Source of the DNA: Gemmatimonadota bacterium
Lineage (GTDB): Bacteria; Gemmatimonadota; Gemmatimonadetes; Gemmatimonadales; Gemmatimonadaceae
Assembly (NCBI GenBank): GCA_031372565.1
Contig: JANMLN010000112.1
Span: 1 to 38,052 of the forward strand
Length of the DNA stretch: 38,052 nucleotides
Direction of reading: 5' to 3'
The notes beneath the pieces are model-generated. The model was given only the letters and a program-made list of their open reading frames with translations. It was not told the origin of the DNA and did not search any database. The translations under genes were made by a program, and so were the position numbers. Of this stretch, positions 20,827 through 30,433 are shown in pieces (the stretch's first letter is position 1; each line of letters opens with the position of its first letter).

Positions 20827-22324
20827 AGCGCTCCGGATTCTCCGTCTTGATGATCGTGCGTGGGAAGGTGCCGTCGGGGGACTGCTCGGCGAGCGAGACC
20901 TCGAGGCCGGGATAGAGCACGTTACCCTGGGCGTCGCTCACGATGAGGACCGATGGTCGCGATGCCATGTCGGGTGCCGGGTCGGCGGCCTGCACAATGG
21001 CCATTTCGAACGTGTCGAGCATGACGAGCGTGCCCACCGGGTAGATGCCGAGCATGGCGACGAACGCCTTGACCAGCGTGGGGTCCATGCCTCGCCGCGG
21101 ATTGTCCCGCATCTCCTGCAGCACGATGGCGGGGGCCACCGGATTGGCATACGCGCGCTGCGTCGTCGCGGCGTCGAAGCCGTCGGCGATCGCCACGATC
21201 TTGCTGAAGATCGACAGCTCGCGTGGCCGCAGGGCGCGCGGGTAGCCCGTCTGGTCGAAACGCATGTGATGCTCGTATGCCACCACCATCGACCGGTAGG
21301 GCATGTCGGTGATGTTCTTGAACTGCAGCAACGAGAGGAGCCCGCGCCAGGTGTGCGTCGTGAGCAGGCGCCACTCCTCCTCGGAGAGCTGCTCCGACTT
21401 GTTGAGCACATCGAGCGGAATGCGCGCCTTCCCGATGTCGTGGAAGAGCGCGGCCATCCCCAGGTCGTACAGCTGCAACTTGTCGAGCAGCAGCCGGCGG
21501 CCAAGCGCCACCGAGAAGATGCAGACGTTGAGCGAGTGCACGAAGGTGTACTCGTCATAGTCGCGAATCGTCGTGAGCCCGACGAGCGACGTTTCGTCGG
21601 CCAGGATCTGGTCGACAATCGTCTGCACGACGCGCTTGACGCGCTTGAGTCCCGAGGCGCGCCCCATGCGCACCGAATTGACCACGTCCTTGGTCACCGC
21701 GATGCCCTGCGCGTACACGCGCTTGGCCGCCTCCTTGGTCTGCGCCTTGCTGCGACGCTCGTCGCCCGACTCGGACGGCGCCCCCAGGTGGAAGGTGCCC
21801 ACTCCGGCGTCGCTCAGTCGCACCAGCAGCCACTCGAGCCGCTCGTCCGGCACGCGCGGACCCTGTCCGTCGAGCTGCAGCGACGACAACAGGACGATGT
21901 AGTCGCGCGGCAGCGGTGGTGCCTCGAGGTGCAACTCGCCGACGCCGCAGGCGCGCAGCTTGTCGCTCACCCCCTTGAACGCCGCAAAGTTGTCGGCCTC
22001 GAGCCGCAGCTGCGATCCGTTCATGAAGAGCGCATCGCCCGAGAGGCGCAGATCGAGCTCCTGCGCGACCCGCAGGATCTCCGACGTGACGTTCACGAGG
22101 TCGAGCACGGCCTTCTGCACGGCGGCATTCTCGACCGGATACAGCTTGACCGCCCGCATGGCGCCAAAGAACGCCAGCACGTACAGCCGTCCGAGCCGCT
22201 TGAGGTCGCTTCCGTCGGGTGCGTCCTGAATGGCCGAGAGGAGCTGCGACATGCGCGGACCCGCCGGTGCCTCGAGCGCGCGCTGGGCCTGCGTCGGCCG
22301 AGGTGGGGGCGAGGATTCGCTCAT
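20795..22324 (-). CDS. HD-GYP domain phosphohydrolase (putative cyclic dinucleotide phosphodiesterase) with unnamed N-terminal domain
   Basis: YTFVHSLNV, FHDIGK, EHHMRFDQTGYP, IVAIADGFDA, GIYPVGTLV tail. ATG 22324 overlaps the HEAT gene stop. Confidence 0.9.
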   Translation of the reverse strand: MSESSPPPRPTQAQRALEAPAGPRMSQLLSAIQDAPDGSDLKRLGRLYVLAFFGAMRAVKLYPVENAAVQKAVLDLVNVTSEILRVAQELDLRLSGDALFMNGSQLRLEADNFAAFKGVSDKLRACGVGELHLEAPPLPRDYIVLLSSLQLDGQGPRVPDERLEWLLVRLSDAGVGTFHLGAPSESGDERRSKAQTKEAAKRVYAQGIAVTKDVVNSVRMGRASGLKRVKRVVQTIVDQILADETSLVGLTTIRDYDEYTFVHSLNVCIFSVALGRRLLLDKLQLYDLGMAALFHDIGKARIPLDVLNKSEQLSEEEWRLLTTHTWRGLLSLLQFKNITDMPYRSMVVAYEHHMRFDQTGYPRALRPRELSIFSKIVAIADGFDAATTQRAYANPVAPAIVLQEMRDNPRRGMDPTLVKAFVAMLGIYPVGTLVMLDTFEMAIVQAADPAPDMASRPSVLIVSDAQGNVLYPGLEVSLAEQSPDGTFPRTIIKTENPERYGIRIGDYFR

Positions 22325-24117
22325 CGCGTCGGGTCTCCCCGCAATGCGCGATTGACCGCCGTCCGCACGACGACGTCCTTCTCGTCCACTGCCTTGCGCA
22401 GCGCCTCTTGCGCCTTGGGCGTCCCGGCGCGGCCGAGCCCGGCGGCGGCACAGACGCGCACCTCGGCGTCCTCGCGGCGGCCAAGGAACCCTTTGCTGTT
22501 CAGCAGACCGTCGAGCACCGGCACGGCCTGTTCGCCCCCCGTTGCACCGTAGGCCTCGAAGATGGCCATCATCTCGGTCTTGTCGCGGTCGCGGAGCTCC
22601 TTGCCCTTCACGATGCTGTCGAGTCGCGCGAATGCCGTGCGGTACTTGGCCGCCGTCACTGCGCGCGCGGCCCCCACGCGAACATCGCGATCGGTATCGG
22701 TCAGGGCGCGCTCCAGCAGCTGCATCGCGCCCGCCGACCCGATCTCGGCCAGCGCCAGCACGCAGGCCGCGCGCGTGTCGGCCGTCCCCTCGCTCAGCAG
22801 CTTGCCCATGGGCGCCACGGCCGCCGCGGTCTTGAGCGCGCCCGAGCGACGGATGGCCTCCATGGCCACGACAGGATCGGCGCTGCCGATGAGCCGCACG
22901 AGCTCGATCGTGTTCGTGCGCGCGATCCGGTCGGCGGCGGCCTCGAGCATCGTCTTGAGCGACGCCTGCTCGAGCTTGTGCAGCCACGCGAGCACGGTGC
23001 CCAGCGCGGTCACGCGCAACTGATCGAACAGCGCGAGGATCTCATCCTGCGCCGGCAGCTGATGGGCGAGATCGAGCCCTTGCAGCACCTGCGCGAGGGC
23101 GGCGGGTTCGCTCAGCCGGTCGGACAACCGGGTGAGGCGATCGCGGTGCTGCGGCAGGAGGACGGGCGCTCGGCCGGCCGCCACGGCGGACTCGTGCAGC
23201 AGGTAGGCGACGGCCTTGAGATCGCCCACGGTGAGGAGCGTCAGCACGAACTGCTCGAGCAGCTCGCACACCTCGTCGCGCACCTCGGGCTCGAGCTGCA
23301 ACTCGAACGTGTCCAGCAGCATCGTGATCACCGTTGCGCGATGATCACCCGCGTACTCGTGCGCGAAGGCACGTCGCAGGGTCTCGAGTTCGGTGTCGTC
23401 GAGGAAATAGAGCGAGCTGTCGAAGTCGGCGAGGTTGACCACGCCGCTCTTCCGTTCTTCCTCGCTGTCGCCGTCGCCGCCGCCGCCGCCAGCGGCCGTC
23501 CCGGTCCCACCTCCGGTCCCGGTGCCTTCGCCCTCGTCGTCCCCTGCACCGCCGCCGGCCGCACGCGCACGGCGGCCGTTCACGTCGTCGCTCCACCGCG
23601 CGGGCGGTCCCATCTGGTCGTCGAACGCCGGGCCGTCACCACCGATCTCGACGTAGCGATACTTGAGGTATCCGAACGCGGACTGCCAGAGCAGCGTCAA
23701 CAAGTCGTCGTCATCGGGACCGCCGCGACGAACCCGGGGGAGCAGTTCGATGACCTTGACCCACTCCTCGACCTCGACCCCGCGCACGAGCGTCAGGGCC
23801 CGCACGCCATCCTTGTAAAACAGCCACGCGAGCGAGTCGTTGCCCTTGCCCTCATCGGCATACACGACGTGCGGTCCGTAGCGGATCTCCGTCTCGCTGA
23901 TCGCGAGCGTGACGTCATCCGCATGCGCCCAGACCGCCGTGAACGCACCCTGCACGACCTCGACCGCCTTGAGCCAGGTCGGGTTGTTGCCGGGGTAGAG
24001 CTGGCGCGCGCGCAGCGCCTTGGTGGTACTGCGCAGCAGCTCTTCGAGTGCCGCCGGCGGCACGCGTCCGTCGAAATCATCGTCCACGGCAGGCATCGAC
24101 GTGGAGGGGTGCGTCAC
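22321..24117 (-). CDS. HEAT-repeat protein with unnamed N-terminal domain and Gly/Asp/Glu-rich linker
   Basis: Repeats such as [57 protein letters not shown] overlaps the trpB stop. Confidence 0.85.
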   Translation of the reverse strand: MTHPSTSMPAVDDDFDGRVPPAALEELLRSTTKALRARQLYPGNNPTWLKAVEVVQGAFTAVWAHADDVTLAISETEIRYGPHVVYADEGKGNDSLAWLFYKDGVRALTLVRGVEVEEWVKVIELLPRVRRGGPDDDDLLTLLWQSAFGYLKYRYVEIGGDGPAFDDQMGPPARWSDDVNGRRARAAGGGAGDDEGEGTGTGGGTGTAAGGGGGDGDSEEERKSGVVNLADFDSSLYFLDDTELETLRRAFAHEYAGDHRATVITMLLDTFELQLEPEVRDEVCELLEQFVLTLLTVGDLKAVAYLLHESAVAAGRAPVLLPQHRDRLTRLSDRLSEPAALAQVLQGLDLAHQLPAQDEILALFDQLRVTALGTVLAWLHKLEQASLKTMLEAAADRIARTNTIELVRLIGSADPVVAMEAIRRSGALKTAAAVAPMGKLLSEGTADTRAACVLALAEIGSAGAMQLLERALTDTDRDVRVGAARAVTAAKYRTAFARLDSIVKGKELRDRDKTEMMAIFEAYGATGGEQAVPVLDGLLNSKGFLGRREDAEVRVCAAAGLGRAGTPKAQEALRKAVDEKDVVVRTAVNRALRGDPTR

Positions 24118-25322
24118 GGCGTGAAGCCCTCGAGCGCGTTCATCTGCGCAACGTCCTTGTCGCCCCGTCCGCTCACGCAGAGCAGCACCACATCGTCTGC
24201 AGACCAGCGACCCGCGGACCGGGACAACCAGGCCACGGCGTGCGCCGTTTCAAGCGCCGGAATGATCCCCTCGAGGCGCGACAGGATCCGGACGCCCTCG
24301 AGTGCCTCGGTGTCGTCCACCGCCGCGTACTCCGCGCGCCCCGACGTCTTGAGCCACGCGTGCTCCGGGCCGACGCCGGGATAATCGAGCCCGGCCGAAA
24401 TCGAGTGCGCCGGGTGCACCTGCCCCGCCGCGTCCTGCAGCAGCAGCGAGAGCGCGCCATGCAGCACGCCGGGGGTTCCGGCCGCCAGCGTCGCGCTGTG
24501 CATGCCGGTGGCGATCCCCTCCCCAGCGGCCTCGACGCCCACCAGTTCGACCCCGGCATCACCGACGAACGGATGAAAGATCCCCATCGCATTCGAGCCG
24601 CCACCGACGCAGGCGATCACCGTACGCGGCAGCCGGCCCGTGCGGGCAAGTACCTGGGCGCGCGCCTCGTCGCCGATGACGCGCTGGAAGTCGCGCACCA
24701 TGCGCGGGTACGGTGCCGGCCCGACCACTGATCCGATGATGTAGTGCGTGCCCTCGACGTTGGTGACCCAGTCGCGGATCGCCTCCGTGGTGGCGTCCTT
24801 GAGCGTCCGTGTGCCGGTCGTGACGGGTACGACCGTGGCGCCGAGCAATTGCATCCGGAAGACATTGAGCGCCTGCCGGCGCATGTCTTCCTCGCCCATG
24901 TACACCACGCACTCCAGCCCGAACTTTGCGCAGATCGTGGCCGTCGCGACGCCGTGCTGGCCGGCGCCGGTTTCGGCGATGATCCGGCGCTTGCCCATGC
25001 GCCTGGCCAGCAGCGCCTGTCCGATCGTGTTGTTGATCTTGTGCGCACCGGTGTGGTTCAGGTCTTCGCGCTTGAGCACCACGCGCGCACCGACCTGCAC
25101 GGAGAGCCTCGGCGCATCGGTGAGGGCACTCGGGCGTCCCACGAAATCGCGCAGCAACCCGTCGAGCTCCGCACGATAGACCGGATCAGCCATCGCCGTC
25201 GCGTACGCGGCTTCGAGCTCATCGAGCGCGGGAATCAGCGTCTCGGGGACATACCGCCCACCGAACGGGCCGAATCGACCGGAGTCGACGGAGATCGAAG
25301 AGTCGGGCAGCACTGCAGTCAT
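24114..25322 (-). CDS. trpB: Tryptophan synthase beta chain
   Basis: [26 protein letters not shown] (PLP Lys), [34 protein letters not shown]. Confidence 0.97.
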   Translation of the reverse strand: MTAVLPDSSISVDSGRFGPFGGRYVPETLIPALDELEAAYATAMADPVYRAELDGLLRDFVGRPSALTDAPRLSVQVGARVVLKREDLNHTGAHKINNTIGQALLARRMGKRRIIAETGAGQHGVATATICAKFGLECVVYMGEEDMRRQALNVFRMQLLGATVVPVTTGTRTLKDATTEAIRDWVTNVEGTHYIIGSVVGPAPYPRMVRDFQRVIGDEARAQVLARTGRLPRTVIACVGGGSNAMGIFHPFVGDAGVELVGVEAAGEGIATGMHSATLAAGTPGVLHGALSLLLQDAAGQVHPAHSISAGLDYPGVGPEHAWLKTSGRAEYAAVDDTEALEGVRILSRLEGIIPALETAHAVAWLSRSAGRWSADDVVLLCVSGRGDKDVAQMNALEGFTP

Positions 25323-25975
25323 GTGCTGAACTTCGGGATCGGGGAAGCAACGGCCAAGGCAAAGCGTCGCATCTTCGCGGGTGACTTGAGGGCGGGCGCA
25401 TCCTCGACCCCCGACGAGACATCCACCACGTCGGGGCCGAGCACGCGCACCGCCTCCGAAATATTGTCTGCGGTGAGGCCGCCAGCCAGCACAATCGGTG
25501 TGCGGGCTCGAGCGGTGGCCAACAGCGGCGCGTGGCGCTCCCAATCGAACGCGTGGCCCGACCCACCCAGCCCACCGGGCACGAGGGTATCGACCACCAC
25601 GGCGTCCGCCGCAGCGAACAGTGCGCACAGCGTTTCAGCGTGCGGAGTTGTTCCAAGGCGCGCCACGGCCCAGACGCCACCGTCCCAGAGAGTGCGCAGC
25701 TCGGCGAGCTCTGCCGGTGTGGGATCTGCGTGCACCTGCAGGATGTCTGCACCGACCGCTCGGCCCAATGCCGCCATCTGGGCCGCCGCCGTCCGCGGCA
25801 CCACGGCCACTCGGCGCGGGCCCGTGGCCGCCTGCAGCACCTCCTGCGCGACCGTCGGCGTCAGCAGCCGCGGACCGCCCACCAGAATCACCCCGACGTA
25901 GCTGGCGCCAAGTGCACTCGCCAGCTCGGCGTCCACCGGGCGCGTGAGCCCACAGAACTTGACCTCAGGTGGCAC
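25319..25975 (-). CDS. trpF: Phosphoribosylanthranilate isomerase
   Basis: [36 protein letters not shown]; sits between trpC and trpB. Confidence 0.92.
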   Translation of the reverse strand: MPPEVKFCGLTRPVDAELASALGASYVGVILVGGPRLLTPTVAQEVLQAATGPRRVAVVPRTAAAQMAALGRAVGADILQVHADPTPAELAELRTLWDGGVWAVARLGTTPHAETLCALFAAADAVVVDTLVPGGLGGSGHAFDWERHAPLLATARARTPIVLAGGLTADNISEAVRVLGPDVVDVSSGVEDAPALKSPAKMRRFALAVASPIPKFST

Positions 25976-26795
25976 GGCCCTGCCGGGCGACCCCGGTGAG
26001 GGCGCGGACGGCGATGGTCGGTTCTGCGGCGGCTGAGATACTGCTGCCGACCAGGACCGCGTCTGCTCCCCGCGCGGCCGCCGCCTCCACCTGGGCGTGC
26101 TCGGCGATGCCACTCTCATGAATCGCGATCCGATCCGCTGGAATCAACGGGAGGAGCCGCTCGGCTGTGGAAGGCGTTACCACGAGCGTTTCCAGGTTGC
26201 GGTTGTTGACCCCGATCATCGGCGCGGCCGCAGCGGAGAGCGCCACGGCGCGGGCCAGCTCCTCCTCATCGCGAATTTCCACGATGACATCGAGGCCCCA
26301 CTGATACGCCTCGCCCGCGAGGTCCTCGAGGCGGGATGGTTCCAGCGCCCGGGCAATCAGCAGGAGCGCACTTGCACCGATCGCCCGCGCTTCGAGCACC
26401 TGAATGGCGTCGACGTGGAAGTCCTTCTTGAGGGTCGGCAAGTCGACCCGTCGGCGAATATCGACGAGGTCCTGCACCGAGCCCTTGAAGGCGTCGGGTT
26501 CGGTCAGGACCGAGAGCGCCACGGCACCGCCATCGGCGAAGGCACCGGCGAGGGCCACGGCGCTCACCCCGGGGTTGATCGGCCCCTTGGAGGGCGAGGC
26601 ACGCTTGACCTCGGCGATGACCGCGACGAAGTGGCCCGCCAACGCTGCCGCGAAGGGACGCCCTGCCGGGGTATCGGCGGCCAGCGCCTTGAGGTCGGCG
26701 CGACGCCGTTCGAGGTGTTCGGCCCGCTGACGAGCCTCGTCCACCAATTTGCCAAGAGTCCCGCTCGGGGGACGCCATACGCGGGGAGCTTGCAC
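25965..26795 (-). CDS. trpC: Indole-3-glycerol phosphate synthase
   Basis: IAEVKRASPSKG, SVLTEP..F.GS, LKKDF, IGVNNRNL, HESGI, LVGS. Start GTG 26795 is inferred. Confidence 0.93.
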   Translation of the reverse strand: MQAPRVWRPPSGTLGKLVDEARQRAEHLERRRADLKALAADTPAGRPFAAALAGHFVAVIAEVKRASPSKGPINPGVSAVALAGAFADGGAVALSVLTEPDAFKGSVQDLVDIRRRVDLPTLKKDFHVDAIQVLEARAIGASALLLIARALEPSRLEDLAGEAYQWGLDVIVEIRDEEELARAVALSAAAAPMIGVNNRNLETLVVTPSTAERLLPLIPADRIAIHESGIAEHAQVEAAAARGADAVLVGSSISAAAEPTIAVRALTGVARQGRAT

Positions 26796-26867
26796 TTCGG
26801 GGTTCGTTCGGTTACTGTGGGGAAGATTCGGGAAACGTTCGGGAGCACCGAATCGTCTTGGTAACGT
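26795..26867 (+). promoter_or_regulatory. Candidate LexA operators (two TTCGG-N6-TTCGG direct repeats) and extended -10 of lexA
   Basis: TTCGG at 26796/26807 and 26827/26838 (11-bp period in both pairs), an inverted CCGAA at 26848, and TGgTAACGT at 26859-26867. Confidence 0.55.
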
Positions 26868-26894
26868 ACGCATCCGCCACCTCAGGGGCCACCC

Positions 26895-27503
26895 ATGCCG
26901 CTTACCCGGCGCCAGCGCGAGATCCTCGACTATCTCAACGACTACTCCGCCGAGCGGGGGTACGCCCCCAGCTTCGATGAGATTGCCGAGAAGTTCGATT
27001 ACGCGTCCCTTGCGACGGTGCACGAGCACCTGAGCAATCTGGAGCGGAAGGGGTACATCAAGCGCAGCTACAACGAGAGCCGCGCCATCGAGATCTTGCC
27101 GTCCGATGTCTTCCCGAAGGCGGTGGAACTCCCGCTGCTCGGATCGGTGGCGGCGGGCTTGCCGCTGGAGTCGCAGACGACAGGTGAGACGGTGAGTGTG
27201 CCGGACTCCTTCGTGCGGCGCACCGGCAACCACTACGTCCTCAAGGTCCGCGGCCAGTCGATGATCGACGCGCAGATCGCCGATGGTGACTTCGTCGTTG
27301 TTCAGGACAAGCCGAGCGCCGATAACGGCGAAATGGTGATCGCCATGATGGCGGACTCGACCGCCACCGTGAAGCGTTACTATAGAGAGCGTGATGGTCG
27401 GATTCGCCTGCAGCCCGCGAACGACAGTATGCAGCCGATCTATGTCAACGAGAACGAGATCTCCGTCCGGGGCGTCGTCGTTGGGGTTCTGCGTCGCTAC
27501 TAG
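26895..27503 (+). CDS. lexA: SOS repressor LexA
   Basis: LTRRQREIL..GYAPSFDEIA wHTH, VAAG cleavage site, VRGQSM catalytic Ser, ATVKR catalytic Lys. Confidence 0.96.
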   Translation: MPLTRRQREILDYLNDYSAERGYAPSFDEIAEKFDYASLATVHEHLSNLERKGYIKRSYNESRAIEILPSDVFPKAVELPLLGSVAAGLPLESQTTGETVSVPDSFVRRTGNHYVLKVRGQSMIDAQIADGDFVVVQDKPSADNGEMVIAMMADSTATVKRYYRERDGRIRLQPANDSMQPIYVNENEISVRGVVVGVLRRY

Positions 27504-27511
27504 GGGGAGAT

Positions 27512-27874
27512 ATGCTCGGCGTTCGCACTGTTGTGTACCCCGCCCCGGATCTCGCCAAGGGCAAGGCGTTCTACGCGGCCGTTCTGGGACATGCGCCCTA
27601 CTTCGACGAGCCGTTCTATGTGGGGTTCGAGGCGTTCGGGTTCGAACTGGGCCTCGTGCCCGACGCGGTGCCGGGCAGCTCGGGCGCGTGCGCCTACTGG
27701 GGCGTTGACGACATCGTCGCCGAGCATGCCCGACTCCTGAGCGTGGGCGCGCGCCCGCACGAGGCGATCACCGAGGTGGGCGACGGGATCACGACGGCCT
27801 CGGTGGTCGACCCCTTTGGCAATGTCTTCGGCATCATCTGCAACCCACACTTCAAGCTCGACCGCGTGCGGTAG
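27512..27874 (+). CDS. VOC/glyoxalase family protein
   Basis: VYPAPDLAKGKAFY..VLG, YWGVDDI, DPFGNVFGI; GGGGAG RBS. Confidence 0.88.
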   Translation: MLGVRTVVYPAPDLAKGKAFYAAVLGHAPYFDEPFYVGFEAFGFELGLVPDAVPGSSGACAYWGVDDIVAEHARLLSVGARPHEAITEVGDGITTASVVDPFGNVFGIICNPHFKLDRVR

Positions 27875-27899
27875 CCGCAGCGGGCCCGGCACGAACGGA

Positions 27900-27931
27900 A
27901 CGGGGAGCATGCGACGCGGCATGCTCCCCGT
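27900..27931. terminator. Hairpin between convergent genes (possible bidirectional terminator)
   Basis: ACGGGGAGCATGC-gacgcg-GCATGCTCCCCGT, a perfect 13-bp stem with no clear U-tract. Confidence 0.6.
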
Positions 27932-27957
27932 GTGCGTTCATCGCCCACCGATGGCCG

Positions 27958-28983
27958 TCAGGCGGTCGCTGCCCGAAGCCGCCCGAGCACTGCCAGCGCG
28001 GCCCCATCGTCGATCGACCGGTTGGCGAGGGACACGCCGTGCGCAAAGTCCTTGGCCAGCGCTCCCACGTACAACGCTGCCGCCGCGTTGAGCACCACGG
28101 CGGCCCGGGCCCCGCGCGGGCCACCGCCGCCAAGGACCTCGACGATCACGCGCGCATTGTCCGCGGGTTCGCCGCCGACCAGGTCATCCGCCTTGGTCCC
28201 GCCGAAGCCGAAGGCGGTCGGGTCGATCGTCCAGTTCCGACGTCGTCCCTTCACAATCTCGATGACCTTGGTGGGGCCAAGTGGCGATACCTCATCGAGT
28301 CCCGGCTCCCCGTGCACCACAACCGCATGCACGCTGCCGAGCGAGAGCAGCGCCCCGGCGATGAGCGGCATGCGGGCGGCGTCCGCGACGCCGATCACCT
28401 GCCGCCCTGCGCCGGCCGGGTTGGCCAGCGGGCCCACGATATTCATGACCGTCGGTATTCCCAGTTCGCGACGCACCGGACCCACGTGTCGCATGGCCGG
28501 ATGCATGAGCGGGGCGAACATGAAGACGATGCCGGCATCGCGGAGCGACCTCGACATCGTGTCGGCATCCACGTCGATCCGCACGCCAAGCGCCTCCAGC
28601 ACGTCGGCGCTGCCCGAGCGCGACGTGAACGATCGGTTCCCATGCTTGGCGATGCGGGCGCCGGCCCCCGCAGCCACGAGCGCGGCGGCCGTGGAAATGT
28701 TGAAGGTCGTCACGGTGCCGCCACCCGTGCCGCACGTGTCGATCAGTGTCGATGGATCGGGTGCCGGGAGGCGAACCATCGCGTTGCGGAGCGCGCGCGC
28801 GGCCCCGGCGACTTCGTCGGGCGTCTCGCCCTTGACCCGAAGCGCGGTCAAGAGCGACGCCACCTGGACGACGGTCGCGTCGCCGCGCATCACGTCGCCG
28901 AACGCCGCGGTGGCCTCATCCGCGAGCAACTGTCCGCCGTGCGCGAGCTTCTTGATGGCCGCGCTGATCGCGTCAGCGGGCAC
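27958..28983 (-). CDS. trpD: Anthranilate phosphoribosyltransferase
   Basis: KGET, DTCGTGG, FNIST, AKHGNRSFTSRSGSADVLE, GPLANP, GLDE, LNAA. Confidence 0.96.
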   Translation of the reverse strand: MPADAISAAIKKLAHGGQLLADEATAAFGDVMRGDATVVQVASLLTALRVKGETPDEVAGAARALRNAMVRLPAPDPSTLIDTCGTGGGTVTTFNISTAAALVAAGAGARIAKHGNRSFTSRSGSADVLEALGVRIDVDADTMSRSLRDAGIVFMFAPLMHPAMRHVGPVRRELGIPTVMNIVGPLANPAGAGRQVIGVADAARMPLIAGALLSLGSVHAVVVHGEPGLDEVSPLGPTKVIEIVKGRRRNWTIDPTAFGFGGTKADDLVGGEPADNARVIVEVLGGGGPRGARAAVVLNAAAALYVGALAKDFAHGVSLANRSIDDGAALAVLGRLRAATA

Positions 28984-30283
28984 TCAGCGTCTCCAGCAGC
29001 CGTTCCGGCAGGTGGCTGTGGACCGCGATCAGGGACATGACCAAGGCCAGAATCCGGACACGCTCGACGTCATCCTCCACGAAGACGCCGAAGCGGGCGC
29101 GGTTCGTGAGGTTCATGACGCCGACGAGTTCGCCGCGATACACCAGCGGGGTGCAGATGAACGACCCTGTCGTGAAGAACTCGTCCTGCAGCAACGCGTG
29201 TGCCTTGGCATCGTTCACGTCCTGCACCAGCAGCGTTTCGCGCGTGCGGGCAACCTTTCCGGCCACGCCCGTGCCAAGGGGGACGCGCTGCCCGACCTCC
29301 ACACTGGGAGCCACGCCGCGCAAGGCGGCGAGGTAGAGCATGTCGGTCCCCGGCTCGACGAGCATGAGCGACGAGCGCTGCGCCTGCATGTCGTCGCCGG
29401 CCAGATTGAGCAGTCCCTCGGCCAGGCTGCGCGGATCTTCGGCTTCGGCATCGAGGCCGAGCATGCGGTCGATGAGGTAGATCGTGCGCGTCTTGGCGCG
29501 CAGTGACTCCGTTCGCCGATGCAACTCGAGGTGGACCTGCTCGAGTTGTCCGACAGCGGCGGTCACCTGCTGCTCCACCTTCTCGGCCCGTCGGGCCGTC
29601 TTCCGCGCTTCTTCGCGGGCGCTGGCTGCCTCGCGCTCGACGTGCACCAGTTGGGAGGCGTCCACCGTGCCACTCTTGCGAACTTCGTCGCGCGCCTTGG
29701 TCAGCTCGTCCTCCATCCCGGAGAGCCGCCGATCGTACTCGCTGTGGACGCGCTGCATCACGGTTTCGAGCGTCTGCACGGCCTCGTCCTTGGCCTCCCG
29801 CTCGAGGTACCGCCAGAGCGCCAGTTCGAACAGGGCCACACTCGGCGCGAACCGCTCGGCGGTGCGCGATCCGAAGATCCGGCGCGACTCCTGGAGCGCG
29901 AGCACGCCGACCAGCATGCCGTCATGGCGCAGGCCGCGGAGCGAGAGGAGGCCGCCGTCAGGGAATGGCGTGAACCCCAGCAGTCGCAGGTACTCGGTGG
30001 ACTTGTCCCCCAGATCGACGAAGGACCCGCCGGTCTCGAGGGCTGGCCGAGCCGTGGCCGGGATATGATCGAAGGTCGTCTCGAGGGGAATGGAGTCGAC
30101 GACCAGTCCATGCACGTGCAGCCCGTCGGCGAGCATCTTGCGCTTCCCGTCGAGCCGAAGGAATGCGACCTGGGCGGCGCGATCGACGTCGGCGAGCGAC
30201 TCCCCGAGCGCCACGAGGGCAGCGTCGAGGTCATGGGCAACGCTGAGCGCGTGGGCGAGGCTGGCGAGGGTCTTTGGAGCCAT
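28973..30283 (-). CDS. GAF-domain protein (GAF-like + coiled coil + GAF), no output domain
   Basis: C-terminal GAF (RSSLML...GVAGKVARTRETLLVQDV...SFICTPL...VGVMNL), a central E/R/A-rich heptad region and an N-terminal GAF-like segment. Start at MAPKT. Confidence 0.82.
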   Translation of the reverse strand: MAPKTLASLAHALSVAHDLDAALVALGESLADVDRAAQVAFLRLDGKRKMLADGLHVHGLVVDSIPLETTFDHIPATARPALETGGSFVDLGDKSTEYLRLLGFTPFPDGGLLSLRGLRHDGMLVGVLALQESRRIFGSRTAERFAPSVALFELALWRYLEREAKDEAVQTLETVMQRVHSEYDRRLSGMEDELTKARDEVRKSGTVDASQLVHVEREAASAREEARKTARRAEKVEQQVTAAVGQLEQVHLELHRRTESLRAKTRTIYLIDRMLGLDAEAEDPRSLAEGLLNLAGDDMQAQRSSLMLVEPGTDMLYLAALRGVAPSVEVGQRVPLGTGVAGKVARTRETLLVQDVNDAKAHALLQDEFFTTGSFICTPLVYRGELVGVMNLTNRARFGVFVEDDVERVRILALVMSLIAVHSHLPERLLETLSAR

Positions 30284-30398
30284 GGGTAGGTACGTGACGA
30301 CAGCAGTCCCCGCCAAGCTCGGATGCCGGAGAGTTCTTGGGACGCAATGTCGATGGCTACGTGACGACGTGTCAATGTGTTCCGTCACTTTGCATTGC

Positions 30399-30426
30399 TT
30401 GACCCGGGGGGGGCTGCGGCTAGATT
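30399..30426 (+). promoter_or_regulatory. Sigma70-type promoter for truA operon (likely leaderless)
   Basis: TTGACC-N16-TAGATT, with the ATG at 30434 only 7 nt past the -10. Confidence 0.55.
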
Positions 30427-30433
30427 TCCGGAG

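Noticed and set aside
22325..22987. Long upstream extensions of HD-GYP, trpB, trpC, purB, methyltransferase and GAF ORFs
   Set aside because: They overlap neighbouring genes; internal starts, mostly with stop/start overlaps, fit better.
26796..26894. trp attenuator, leader peptide or T-box upstream of trpC
   Set aside because: The 99-bp region has no Trp-rich leader ORF, terminator hairpin or T-box motif.
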